Source: a candidate division WWE3 bacterium RIFCSPHIGHO2_01_FULL_42_13
GTDB taxonomy: Bacteria > Patescibacteriota > WWE3 > UBA101185 > UBA10185
Assembly: GCA_001772625.1 (NCBI GenBank)
Contig: MEVA01000003.1
Location: 1 to 42,789 of the forward strand
Reading direction: 5' to 3'
Length of the DNA: 42,789 bases
A program made the position numbers and the translations under genes. Below are positions 1 to 8,243 of the stretch, piece after piece. Numbering within the stretch: the first letter of the stretch is position 1; the number at the start of each line of letters is the position of its first letter. The notes beneath the pieces were generated by a model, which did no database searches, was not told the origin of the DNA, and saw nothing but the letters and a program-made list of their open reading frames with translations.

Positions 1-479
1 GTATCTATTGCTGAAAGCCATTTTTCCAAAATAATATCCACTTCCCCATACCTATCAAGCTGGTCTCGGGAAAGGTTCAACAAAACTAAAACGTTTGGTG
101 AAAAATACTCTAAAACCACTGGCAGGTTATTTTCATCAACCTCAAAAACTGCAATATCCGAATCATGCCCACCTCTCCAATCCATATCAAGTAAAACGGC
201 TGAAACAATCCCATTTAGGAGGTTGGCCCCTGTTCCATTATGCGTAACTTTTAACCCACTTGTTTCAAGAATATGTGTGAGAAGTTTGGAAGTTGTTGTT
301 TTTCCATTAGTTCCTGTAACTAGCGCCACGCCCATTGGGAATTTGAAATGTTTATCTTTTGCAATGTGTGGATTTAGGTTTAAGGCAACGTGCCCTGGCC
401 AGGTGTATCCGGCACCGAGGCGTAGGAAATTAATAATAAAGTTTAATGTTTTTGATAACCAGAGAATTAAATAGAACAT
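1..479 (-). CDS. murT: MurT-like Mur-ligase family protein (lipid II isoglutaminyl synthase subunit), N-terminal part only; the gene runs off the left edge
   Basis: Absent from the ORF track because it is truncated. Reverse-strand translation from the ATG at 479-477 gives MFYLILWLSKTLNFIINFLRLGAGYTWPGHVALNLNPHIAKDKHFKFPMGVALVTGTNGKTTTSKLLTHILETSG... It has the GTNGKTT Mur-ligase P-loop and a PGxxAL N-terminal motif typical of MurT. Confidence 0.7.
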   Translation of the reverse strand, partial: MFYLILWLSKTLNFIINFLRLGAGYTWPGHVALNLNPHIAKDKHFKFPMGVALVTGTNGKTTTSKLLTHILETSGLKVTHNGTGANLLNGIVSAVLLDMDWRGGHDSDIAVFEVDENNLPVVLEYFSPNVLVLLNLSRDQLDRYGEVDIILEKWLSAID

Positions 480-494
480 ATCCCCAACCCTCTT

Positions 495-784
495 CAATAA
501 TTTAACTATATATTAAATACGTAGTATTAGTAATAGAAGGTGTTGATAAGTGTATAAAACGAAGTTTTGTTGCATCGGCGGCCTAAACAAGCACTTGTTT
601 TTGTCTATAACTTAGGTTGTTGATATTTCGTTGCAGCCTTGGGTTTCCAGGAAGAGCTCATAAGGGTTTGCCTGTTGTTACAGCTTTTTCTAATGTTGAA
701 AACCCTCAAAATCTTGTGAATAACCTTGTGGATAACTAGGCCGGTTTATCCCCATACCCTATAAAATAGAAATACTTATCCCCT
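495..784. promoter_or_regulatory. Candidate oriC element: AT-rich stretch plus a cluster of DnaA boxes
   Basis: One perfect TGTGGATAA at 727-735. One-mismatch boxes are TGTTGATAA 541-549, TGTGAATAA 715-723 and TTATCCCCA 746-754. Two-mismatch boxes are 617-625 and 776-784. A very AT-rich run lies at about 495-540 (caataatttaactatatattaaatacgtagtattagtaata). Confidence 0.55.
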
Positions 785-2156
785 AATCCTCCAACACCTT
801 TTTAATATTCTCAATGTCCCTTCTGGTTTTTACTTCCTGAAGCATCTCGCCCCCTACTTTCTGAACCCCGTGCATTATAGTTGTGTGGTCCCGCCCGCCC
901 ATTAGCTCCCCAATACTCATATATGGCGTTTCGGTCATTTCGTACATTAAGTACATTGCAATTTGTCTTGGGACAACAATTTCTTTGGTTCTTCTGCTTC
1001 CCTTCAAATCCGTCACACGAACCGAGTAATAATTTGCGACGGTTTTTATAATGTCGTTTGTGTTAACCGTTCGTTTAACCTTTTCCCTTATTGAACCTTC
1101 GAGCGCTGTTTTTGCAAGTTCTAACGACGGTGATACTTTGTCTGCCTGAGCGCGGGTTAAAACTTGTAAGTAGGCCCCCTCAAGCTCTCTGATGTTTGTA
1201 TCAATTTTCTCAGCGATAAAGTCTATTACCTCGTTTGGAACGCTGTGCCCTGCCTGGTCGCGCTTGGTTCTAAGAATAGCAATTCTTGTGTCTATATCAG
1301 GCTTTGAGATATCCGAAATAATCCCGCTGCTAAGCCTTGAAGTCACCCTTTCCTCCAAATCCGTAAAGTCTTTGGGTGGGCGATCCGAGGCAATCACAAT
1401 TTGTTTTTGAGCCATGTGCAAAGTGTTAAAGGTATGAAAGAACTCTTCCTGGGTCGCCTCTTTTCCGGCAATAAACTGAATGTCATCCAGCAAAAACACG
1501 TCCACCGTTCTATATTTATTTCTAAACCAACTTGTGCCCCCAGCCCCTCCCCGCGCACCGCTTCGAATCGCGTCAATTATTTCATTCCCAAAAGTTTCGC
1601 CGGTTGTATAAATAACTTTTAAATTTGGGTGTTTTTGAACGATTTCATTTCCTATTGCATGCATCAAGTGAGTTTTGCCTAGTCCCACGCCGGAGTATAT
1701 AAAAAACGGGTTGTACAATTTCCCTGGTTTTTCGGCAACGGCTGAAGCAATAGCGTGAGCGAGCTGATTGTTTGAGCCCATGATATAGCTGTCAAAAGTC
1801 ATGTGGGGAGAAAGCCCGGCCTTTATTGATCTTGAAGCTGCCGCCTCACTCATTGCTTTTGCTTGGGGTTCAAAAAGAGGCCCAAGTTCCTGCGAGCCAT
1901 TTTTCGAAATAACATCACCTACCTTAAAAGTAAGTTTGTAGTGACCCTTCCCTATTTTATTTACACTATCTTGAACAAGTGAGCGAAGCCTTCCTTCAAG
2001 CTGTCTTTTGGCGAAGGGGTTTTCGCATACAATTTCCAAAGAATCTTTCGTTAAAGCCTGGGCGCGGGTTTTTTGAACCCAGGTTTTAAACTGGGTTTCC
2101 GAGAGGTTTACTTGCAGTTCAGCAAGAACTGCTTTCCATAAATCTTTTACATCCAT
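783..2156 (-). CDS. dnaA: Chromosomal replication initiator DnaA
   Basis: Walker A GVGLGKTHLMHAIG, AAA+ core and a C-terminal DnaA-box-binding domain (PRQIAMYLMYEMT...DHTTIMHGVQKV). I chose the start at ATG 2156 (MDVKDLWKAVLAELQ), a typical DnaA N-terminus. The longer ORF to 2222 would run through a perfect DnaA box. Confidence 0.93.
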   Translation of the reverse strand: MDVKDLWKAVLAELQVNLSETQFKTWVQKTRAQALTKDSLEIVCENPFAKRQLEGRLRSLVQDSVNKIGKGHYKLTFKVGDVISKNGSQELGPLFEPQAKAMSEAAASRSIKAGLSPHMTFDSYIMGSNNQLAHAIASAVAEKPGKLYNPFFIYSGVGLGKTHLMHAIGNEIVQKHPNLKVIYTTGETFGNEIIDAIRSGARGGAGGTSWFRNKYRTVDVFLLDDIQFIAGKEATQEEFFHTFNTLHMAQKQIVIASDRPPKDFTDLEERVTSRLSSGIISDISKPDIDTRIAILRTKRDQAGHSVPNEVIDFIAEKIDTNIRELEGAYLQVLTRAQADKVSPSLELAKTALEGSIREKVKRTVNTNDIIKTVANYYSVRVTDLKGSRRTKEIVVPRQIAMYLMYEMTETPYMSIGELMGGRDHTTIMHGVQKVGGEMLQEVKTRRDIENIKKVLED

Positions 2157-2194
2157 AAAAGTTGAGAAATAGAGGGCAAGCCTAAATACTCTGT

Positions 2195-2223
2195 TGTGCA
2201 TAACTCTATACAAGTTATCCACA
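2195..2223. promoter_or_regulatory. Inverted pair of DnaA boxes upstream of dnaA (autoregulation and/or second origin half)
   Basis: TGTGCATAA at 2195-2203 (1 mismatch) and a perfect TTATCCACA at 2215-2223, lying 40-67 nt upstream of the dnaA ATG. Confidence 0.5.
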
Positions 2224-2281
2224 ATAAATCAAGCAATGTGGGTTGTTGTATGTCTGCGTGGTCTTTGCCTATTAACTTTCC

Positions 2282-2287
2282 TATAAT
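2282..2287 (+). promoter_or_regulatory. -10 box (TATAAT) 7 nt upstream of ATG 2295; leaderless-type promoter
   Basis: ctTATAATgttaacaATG with no SD in between. Confidence 0.4.
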
Positions 2288-2294
2288 GTTAACA

Positions 2295-2951
2295 ATGTTT
2301 ATGAGGTCCACATTCTATTTAAAGTACCGCATAGGAGTTGTGGTGTTTTTCATTATATTCATGACCAACTATTTCTGGGTTGACTTTGGCCCTAGTATTA
2401 TTAATCTAAATAACTGGAGGCCTCTCTATCTTGGTATGACAGTACTTAACGTTTTATGGATGGTACCTTTATTAACCTTAACTCTATTTGGCCTTCTGAA
2501 GAAAGCTAGAGCAAGTGTGGGGAAAATAGGCAATAAAAACACTACCCCAATAAAAACAAAACAAATGCTAGCTATGCTATTTACCTTAATTGTGTTCATC
2601 TGGGGCATAGCCCTCTTTCCTTATATGTCTCCCGTTTTCTTATATAAGGATTTGCGGGATGGGGTTAGAACCTACACTGGAGTTTGTGAACTTGGGACCT
2701 ATCCGCGTTACGGACCCACTTGGCATTTTATTAAATTTACTGATGAGGGTAGGTCACTAAGTCTGCGGATAAGTCGAGATCGCCTTTACTACTTGGCAGG
2801 CGGCAACCGCTTTAAGTTACGGGGCACGCTATTGCTGCCACAATACTATGATGGCCCGTGCGAGAACATAGCGAGTGTGCAGTATTTAGCAGGCTCGGAG
2901 TTTGTAGTTGCGGCTGAGATCCAGCTTGACCTTATCAACCAGACCCTCTAG
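2295..2951 (+). CDS. Hypothetical polytopic membrane protein
   Basis: ORF 2196-2951. It has several hydrophobic helices (IGVVVFFIIFMTNYFWV, VLNVLWMVPLLTLTLFGLL, MLAMLFTLIVFIWGIALFPYM) and a soluble C-terminal part. I picked ATG 2295 from the -10/ATG spacing rule; alternative starts are 2250, 2286 and 2301. Confidence 0.55.
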   Translation: MFMRSTFYLKYRIGVVVFFIIFMTNYFWVDFGPSIINLNNWRPLYLGMTVLNVLWMVPLLTLTLFGLLKKARASVGKIGNKNTTPIKTKQMLAMLFTLIVFIWGIALFPYMSPVFLYKDLRDGVRTYTGVCELGTYPRYGPTWHFIKFTDEGRSLSLRISRDRLYYLAGGNRFKLRGTLLLPQYYDGPCENIASVQYLAGSEFVVAAEIQLDLINQTL

Positions 2952-2963
2952 AATGGCCCAGCT

Positions 2964-3116
2964 ATGCCTAAGAGAACCTGGCAACCTAAAAAAAGAAAAA
3001 GAGTCAAAAAGCACGGATTTCTAAAAAGAATGTCCTCAAAAGGCGGGCGTCGTGTTTTGAAAAGACGCGCCAGCAAAGGCCGAAAACTCCTGGTGAGATC
3101 CCTTAAAGGAAAATAA
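2964..3116 (+). CDS. rpmH: 50S ribosomal protein L34
   Basis: 50-aa ORF below the track cutoff: [50 protein letters not shown]. It has the classic L34 sequence and sits directly before rnpA. Confidence 0.93.
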   Translation: MPKRTWQPKKRKRVKKHGFLKRMSSKGGRRVLKRRASKGRKLLVRSLKGK

Positions 3117-3127
3117 GTTCAGTAAGC

Positions 3128-3133
3128 TATACT
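3128..3133 (+). promoter_or_regulatory. -10 box (TATACT) 6 nt upstream of the rnpA ATG
   Basis: gcTATACTtcctacATG with no SD. Confidence 0.35.
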
Positions 3134-3139
3134 TCCTAC

Positions 3140-3487
3140 ATGCTTCCAAAATCCAACCGCCTTTCCTCAACCTACGAATTTAATAAAACCCGCAGGCTTG
3201 GTAAAAGAGTCAGCTCCCCCTTGTTTGATATCTTCTACCTTGATATATACAACTACGACGGTCCCTCCCGTATTGGGGTTGTGGTGACAAACAGATACAG
3301 TAAAATTGCTCCTGTACGAAATAGAGTAAAAAGAGTATTTCGAGAAGTTTTAAGGCACGCAGTAAAAAAAATTAAACCTGGGTATTGGATAGTAGTTCAC
3401 CCAAGAAAATCTGCTGAAAATAAAGGATATGAAGAAATTAGTATTGAAATTAATAAAGCTTTACCAAAAACACCTTTCTTCGGTTAA
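3140..3487 (+). CDS. rnpA: Ribonuclease P protein component
   Basis: 115 aa and basic, with the RNR motif ([11 protein letters not shown]). Conserved position after rpmH. Confidence 0.88.
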   Translation: MLPKSNRLSSTYEFNKTRRLGKRVSSPLFDIFYLDIYNYDGPSRIGVVVTNRYSKIAPVRNRVKRVFREVLRHAVKKIKPGYWIVVHPRKSAENKGYEEISIEINKALPKTPFFG

Positions 3488-3644
3488 CTTTGGTGTGCAC
3501 GCCTGTAGGTTTACGCCCAGTTGTTCAGAGTATGCCTATCAAGCAATAGATAAGTACGGGGTATTGAGAGGCTCTTTAATGGGAACCTGGCGCGTGTTAA
3601 GATGTAACCCGTTATCAAAAGGCGGAAAGGACCCTGTTAAATAA
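3429..3644 (+). CDS. yidD: Membrane protein insertion efficiency factor YidD
   Basis: LYQKHLS...[45 protein letters not shown] matches the YidD signature. It overlaps the rnpA 3' end by 59 nt. Confidence 0.9.
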   Translation: MKKLVLKLIKLYQKHLSSVNFGVHACRFTPSCSEYAYQAIDKYGVLRGSLMGTWRVLRCNPLSKGGKDPVK

Positions 3645-4444
3645 TGCTTGGCACAATCTGGAACACAATACTTGTTAACCCAATATTAAATCTACTTGTA
3701 GCTTTATATACATTTCTTGGTGGGAATATGGGTTTGGCGATAATTGTTTTGACAATTATCATCCGCGCACTTTTAATCCCCGTAATTCTCCCTTCAATGA
3801 AAACAATGCAAAAGCAAAGAGACCTGCAGCCTGAGATCGAAAAGCTTAAAGGCAAGTACAAACACGATAAGCAAAAACTTGCGAAGGAACAAATGGAGCT
3901 TTTCAAGAGGCACGGTTTAAATCCTGCCTCGGGTTGTTTAACTCAGATTTCCATGATCGTGGTTTTAATAGCTCTGTACAATGTTATTAACCGCTTCTCA
4001 ATAAACGTTGATATAAATGCCCTAAACAACCTACTCTACTTCCCAGCTTTGAGGTTTGCCGAAGGAGCGTCTATAAACACAACCTTTTGGTATATGAATC
4101 TGGCCAAAGCCGACCCGTTTTTCGTGCTTCCAGTTTTAGCTGGTATTTTCCAGCTTTTCGCTTCAAAAATGATGTATCCATATGTTGAGGTGGGAGAAAA
4201 AGCCGCGAAAAGAACTCCTGACAAGAAAGATGACCTGGCTTATAATATGCAAGAACAGATGCTGTACCTAATGCCCGTGATGACCGTATTCATTGGTGCA
4301 AGTTTGCCCTCGGGTGCAGCTTTGTACATTTTGGTAACAACAGTGTTTTCACTGGTTCAGCAATATTTTGTTTCAGGTTGGGGCGGCTTAACGCCATGGC
4401 TTAGAAAGCTCAACATCAATGTCGGAACAACTATTAAAAAATAA
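3644..4444 (+). CDS. yidC: YidC/Oxa1-family membrane protein insertase (short form)
   Basis: 266 aa with multiple TM helices and an amphipathic KQRDLQPEIEKLKGKYKHDKQKLAKEQMELFKRHGLNP hairpin typical of YidC. Its ATG overlaps the yidD stop (TAATG). Confidence 0.88.
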   Translation: MLGTIWNTILVNPILNLLVALYTFLGGNMGLAIIVLTIIIRALLIPVILPSMKTMQKQRDLQPEIEKLKGKYKHDKQKLAKEQMELFKRHGLNPASGCLTQISMIVVLIALYNVINRFSINVDINALNNLLYFPALRFAEGASINTTFWYMNLAKADPFFVLPVLAGIFQLFASKMMYPYVEVGEKAAKRTPDKKDDLAYNMQEQMLYLMPVMTVFIGASLPSGAALYILVTTVFSLVQQYFVSGWGGLTPWLRKLNINVGTTIKK

Positions 4445-4871
4445 ACTTAATGAAATTCTAAACTTTATCGGAGTTACTCCAAAAGTTTCTATTGTGGAAG
4501 AAGACGGCACGTACAAAATCTCAATTGAAGGCGATGATTTAAGTTTTCTAATTGGATACCGCGGCGAATCGTTAAACGCTTTACAAACACTTCTTGCGAC
4601 AATGCTTTTCAATGAACTTAATGAATGGGTTCACGTTTTGGTTGATATAAATGCCTACCGGGAGAGCAGAAACAGCAAGATTGAAGAAATGACCAAAAAC
4701 TTTATAGACAGAGTCCGTTTTCACAAGTCGGAAGCCGAGCTTCCTCCAATGAACGCTTTTGAGCGAAGGCAAGTTCACGTTTTTGTTGCCGAGTATCCGG
4801 ATATTATTTCTGAAAGTGCTGGTGAGGGTCGTGATAGAAGAGTTGTTCTTAAGTTAAAGGAAGATGCTTAA
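4419..4871 (+). CDS. jag: Jag/EloR-like RNA-binding protein (KH + R3H domains)
   Basis: KH GxxG motif (IGYRGESLNALQ) and R3H motif (FERRQVHVFVAEY). Conserved position after yidC, overlapping it by 26 nt. Confidence 0.82.
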   Translation: MSEQLLKNKLNEILNFIGVTPKVSIVEEDGTYKISIEGDDLSFLIGYRGESLNALQTLLATMLFNELNEWVHVLVDINAYRESRNSKIEEMTKNFIDRVRFHKSEAELPPMNAFERRQVHVFVAEYPDIISESAGEGRDRRVVLKLKEDA

Positions 4872-5984
4872 GTGAAATTTACGTGCTTGCAGGAAAACTT
4901 AGCTAAGGGGCTATCAATTGTAGGCAAAGCCATTTCAGTACGAGCCCCACTACCAATTCTTTCAAACGTTTTAATAAATGCTGAAGATGGAAGACTTAAA
5001 CTTTCCGCGTTTAATATGGAAACTGGAATTTCTACGTACGTGGGAGCTTCCGTCGAAACAGAAGGTTCAATTACTATCCCCGCAAGAATTCTAAGTGAAT
5101 TTGTTTCACTCCTTTCCCCTGGAACTGTAACGGGCGAACTGAAAGATTCTGTTTTGCACCTTTCCTCCGGTGGAACAAAATCAAAGTTTGTAGGTATGGC
5201 AGCTTCTGATTACCCAGAGCTTCCCCAAATGTCCAAAAAACTTCAAGTACTAGAGCTTGCGCCGCAAAAATTTTCGTCAGCAATAACTGCAGTGGGATTT
5301 TCCGCAGCTTTAGATGACAGCAGGCCAATTTTAGGTGGAATTTTGCTTAATTATGACAAGGGTGTTTTAACCGCCGTTTCAGCTGATGGATTTAGACTTT
5401 CCGAAAAAACACTGAAAGTTGGCAAGAAAGAAGCAGCCTTTAATGTTGTTGTGCCAGCAAAAACCCTCATTGAGGTTGTAAGACTTTTAGGAGGCTCTGA
5501 TGGACCAATTAAATTTGCACTGGACGCCAACGATAACCTTGCGTTATTTGAAGCCGACGGAATTTTAATTTCCACACGAATAATTGATGGGGCTTTTCCA
5601 GATTACAAAAAACTAATTCCAGGAGAAACTTCTCTAAGCGCGGAGTTTTCTGTAAGTGAACTTTTAGAGGCGGTAAAACTCACAAATGTTTTTGCAAAAG
5701 AAATGAACAGCGCAATAAGTTTAACCTTCGATCCAGAAGGAATGATTTACCTGTCGTCTACCGCTCAAGAGTCGGGTGAGAATAATAGCCAAGTTGCTGC
5801 AAAAATAACCGGAGAAAAACTGGAAATGGCTTTTAATGCTAAATTTCTACTAGATTTCTTAAATAACGCTAATGGCGAGCGAGTTAGCTTTTCTACAAAT
5901 GGAAACATGCTGCCAGGTTTATTAAAAGTGGTAGGAGACGAGGACTATCTGCACATTATAATGCCCCTAAGAGTTCAGAATTAG
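4872..5984 (+). CDS. dnaN: DNA polymerase III beta sliding clamp
   Basis: 370 aa with an N-terminus typical of DnaN (MKFTCLQENLAKGLSIVGKAISVRAPLPILSNVLI) and the three-domain length. GTG start directly after the jag stop, with an AAGGAAG SD about 8 nt upstream. Confidence 0.92.
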   Translation: MKFTCLQENLAKGLSIVGKAISVRAPLPILSNVLINAEDGRLKLSAFNMETGISTYVGASVETEGSITIPARILSEFVSLLSPGTVTGELKDSVLHLSSGGTKSKFVGMAASDYPELPQMSKKLQVLELAPQKFSSAITAVGFSAALDDSRPILGGILLNYDKGVLTAVSADGFRLSEKTLKVGKKEAAFNVVVPAKTLIEVVRLLGGSDGPIKFALDANDNLALFEADGILISTRIIDGAFPDYKKLIPGETSLSAEFSVSELLEAVKLTNVFAKEMNSAISLTFDPEGMIYLSSTAQESGENNSQVAAKITGEKLEMAFNAKFLLDFLNNANGERVSFSTNGNMLPGLLKVVGDEDYLHIIMPLRVQN

Positions 5985-8243
5985 TTAGTTTAACTGCGTT
6001 ACCCGAGTTTTTCCATCTTCACCTAAGCTTATTAATCCTTGATTTGAATCCTTTGTAGTATTTGGTCCAATGTCTTGTGCTGGAGTTGGAGTTGGGATTG
6101 GGGATTTGGGCTGCTGAACCTGCGGCTGTGCTTGCTGCGGCTGAGCGGCCGGAGCCTGTGGCGTTGGTGGCGGGCTTACAACCCTAACGTTTGAAGTTAG
6201 CGGAGCTTTAGGAGGTGTTGGTGTTGTGGCCATTGGTCTCGGAACCGTATTTTGCACGCCAACATCCTGCGCCGCATTAATAGGATCATATTTGCCTAGA
6301 TCCACGCTTTGCACAGGTTTATATATTTGTTTCGTAGGCCTCTGGGGAAGTTGTGGTTTTCGAGCCCATCGACTTGGTTGCGAGGTAGGTATAATTCTAG
6401 ACTGTAGTCCACTCGCAGCCTCGGACCGCATCTTCAAAATTTCCTCCGGATTAGTTGTTACCAATCTATGTTCCTCTGGGGAGGCAACTACTTTAATTGC
6501 CACGTGGTTTGCTCCAGCAAAGAATAACCCCTCCCCCTTATCTGCTGCCAAAAGTAAACGTTTTTCGCCCTCGGAAAGATAAAATACTTCCGCGACCCTA
6601 TCTATTGCTGCCGGGTGCTGTTTTAACAGAATTTGAATTGATGAGTTGCTAACAACAGCGTGCCCATACTCTGACTTTAGGAAATCATCAACATCCTGGG
6701 TAATTGTAGTAAGTCCCAAATAGTATTTACGGGCGCGTTTTGCAATTCCATACAAAAATTGTGCGCTATCCTTATTTTGCATCAAATACCACGCCTCTTC
6801 GATTATCAGTAACCTTTTCCGCAGGTCTTTTCTGGTTCGTGTCCAGATAAAGTCCAAAATCATGTAGAAAGCGATTGGTCGTAAAGTGTCCTCAAAATTT
6901 TTCGTTGAAAACACATTCATTTTTGAACCAAAATTAATATTAGATTGCTGATCGAAAATTCCAGCCATAGATCCTTTAATAAACTTTTCAAGTCTGTCGG
7001 CCATGCTTCTGGCTTCGGGTTCGGAGGCTCCGAGCAGCACTTTGTACAAGTCTTCCATAACCGGCGGCTCGATACTTTGCTGTGTGTCGGGATCTGGTGT
7101 AATACCCTTCAAACGATAAGTTTCAATTAAGGCCCTATCCAAAATAGCATCTTCAGTCGGACTCAAATCCCCCAACATCAGCCTCAACAGTGTGTGAAGA
7201 GAAAGAAGCTTTTGTCCAAGTTCGTTTTCCCCTTCAACTGCGATTCCGGATAAATCAAACGGGTTTATTTTCGAGGGTGAGTTGGCCGAGAAGTCTATGT
7301 AATTTCCACCCAATGCCTCACAAATAGGTTTATACTCCTCTTCAGGGTCGACAATCAGAATTTCAGAACCAAAAATTATTGATCTAATAACCTCAAGTTT
7401 TACCATGTAAGATTTTCCAGCCCCCGATTTTGCAAAAACAACCGTGTTAGCATTTTCCAACGAAAAGCGGTCAAAAATTATTAATGATCCGTTATGTTTA
7501 TTTAACCCATACATAATCCCGCTGTCAGAAGTTAGGTCAGAGGAGGTAAACGGAAAGGTTGTGGCTAGGCTTGTGGTGTCCATGTTTCTTGTTACAAGAA
7601 GCTTATCCACGGCGGCGGGGATTGAGGATTGTAACCCCTGCTCCATTTGTAAAGTTGCGTTCTTTGAAATTAAAAGTAGCGACCCCAAAGTTCCTTCCAA
7701 TTGTTTGGTTATATTTTCGAGTTCCTCCAAACTTTCAGCGGGAATCGTTATATAAAATGAGAATTGAAAGAACTTTTCGACACCTTTTACCAGCTGTTCT
7801 TGTAGTGAGTTAGCGTCTTCCAAAGCGGCAGTTACCACAGGGTCAGCAATCTTTCCCCTCTCTGCATCAGAATGGACGGTTGCTTCCAGCTCTGTTATTT
7901 TTCTTTTTAAATCATCCAATACCCCCTGTGATTTAACCGGATAATAAAACATAGAGATATCCAGAGAGTGGTCAAAGTTGATTATAGGTGAAAGCCAGTT
8001 TGCTCCAACAAATCTTGGATAACCGGAAACAAATAAAGTTCTATAGTAAATATTTCCAACTTTAACGTGGTTAAAGTCCACTTCTATTGCTGAGGGGGCA
8101 ATTATGTCTTTTATGTCTACCATTCCCCTTCCCAACACCTCCCCAGCTGAAGTACCAGGTTTTGGTTGGGCCTGCTCTTGGTCACCGATTAGTTTCTTTG
8201 GTCCCTTCTTTCCTATTGTTAGTTTAGGTAGGTTTATTTTCAT
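5985..8243 (-). CDS. VirB4/TraE-type type IV secretion ATPase with a C-terminal Pro/Gln-rich extension
   Basis: Walker A AKSGAGKS (7410-7433) and Walker B LLIIEEAW (6789-6812). The N-terminal VirB4-type domain and overall organisation resemble Gram-positive VirB4 homologs. The last ~145 aa are low-complexity P/Q/T-rich. Confidence 0.85.
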   Translation of the reverse strand: MKINLPKLTIGKKGPKKLIGDQEQAQPKPGTSAGEVLGRGMVDIKDIIAPSAIEVDFNHVKVGNIYYRTLFVSGYPRFVGANWLSPIINFDHSLDISMFYYPVKSQGVLDDLKRKITELEATVHSDAERGKIADPVVTAALEDANSLQEQLVKGVEKFFQFSFYITIPAESLEELENITKQLEGTLGSLLLISKNATLQMEQGLQSSIPAAVDKLLVTRNMDTTSLATTFPFTSSDLTSDSGIMYGLNKHNGSLIIFDRFSLENANTVVFAKSGAGKSYMVKLEVIRSIIFGSEILIVDPEEEYKPICEALGGNYIDFSANSPSKINPFDLSGIAVEGENELGQKLLSLHTLLRLMLGDLSPTEDAILDRALIETYRLKGITPDPDTQQSIEPPVMEDLYKVLLGASEPEARSMADRLEKFIKGSMAGIFDQQSNINFGSKMNVFSTKNFEDTLRPIAFYMILDFIWTRTRKDLRKRLLIIEEAWYLMQNKDSAQFLYGIAKRARKYYLGLTTITQDVDDFLKSEYGHAVVSNSSIQILLKQHPAAIDRVAEVFYLSEGEKRLLLAADKGEGLFFAGANHVAIKVVASPEEHRLVTTNPEEILKMRSEAASGLQSRIIPTSQPSRWARKPQLPQRPTKQIYKPVQSVDLGKYDPINAAQDVGVQNTVPRPMATTPTPPKAPLTSNVRVVSPPPTPQAPAAQPQQAQPQVQQPKSPIPTPTPAQDIGPNTTKDSNQGLISLGEDGKTRVTQLN

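Noticed and set aside
223-474. 83-aa plus-strand ORF at the left edge
   Set aside because: It lies entirely antisense to a much better reading frame, the truncated murT-like gene with a GTNGKTT P-loop. It has no motif or start context of its own.
2157-2222. 22-codon N-terminal extension of the dnaA ORF
   Set aside because: The extension (MDNLYRVMHNRVFRLALYFSTF) is not DnaA-like and runs across the DnaA-box pair. The internal MDVKDLWKAVLAELQ is a canonical DnaA N-terminus.
6040-6200. Repetitive-looking GC-rich DNA (ggagttggagttgggattgggg..., gctgcggctg...) as a tandem repeat or CRISPR-like array
   Set aside because: It is the antisense of codons for the Pro/Gln-rich VirB4 tail. The units are imperfect and in frame, with no repeat-spacer periodicity. 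I saw no CRISPR array anywhere in the window.
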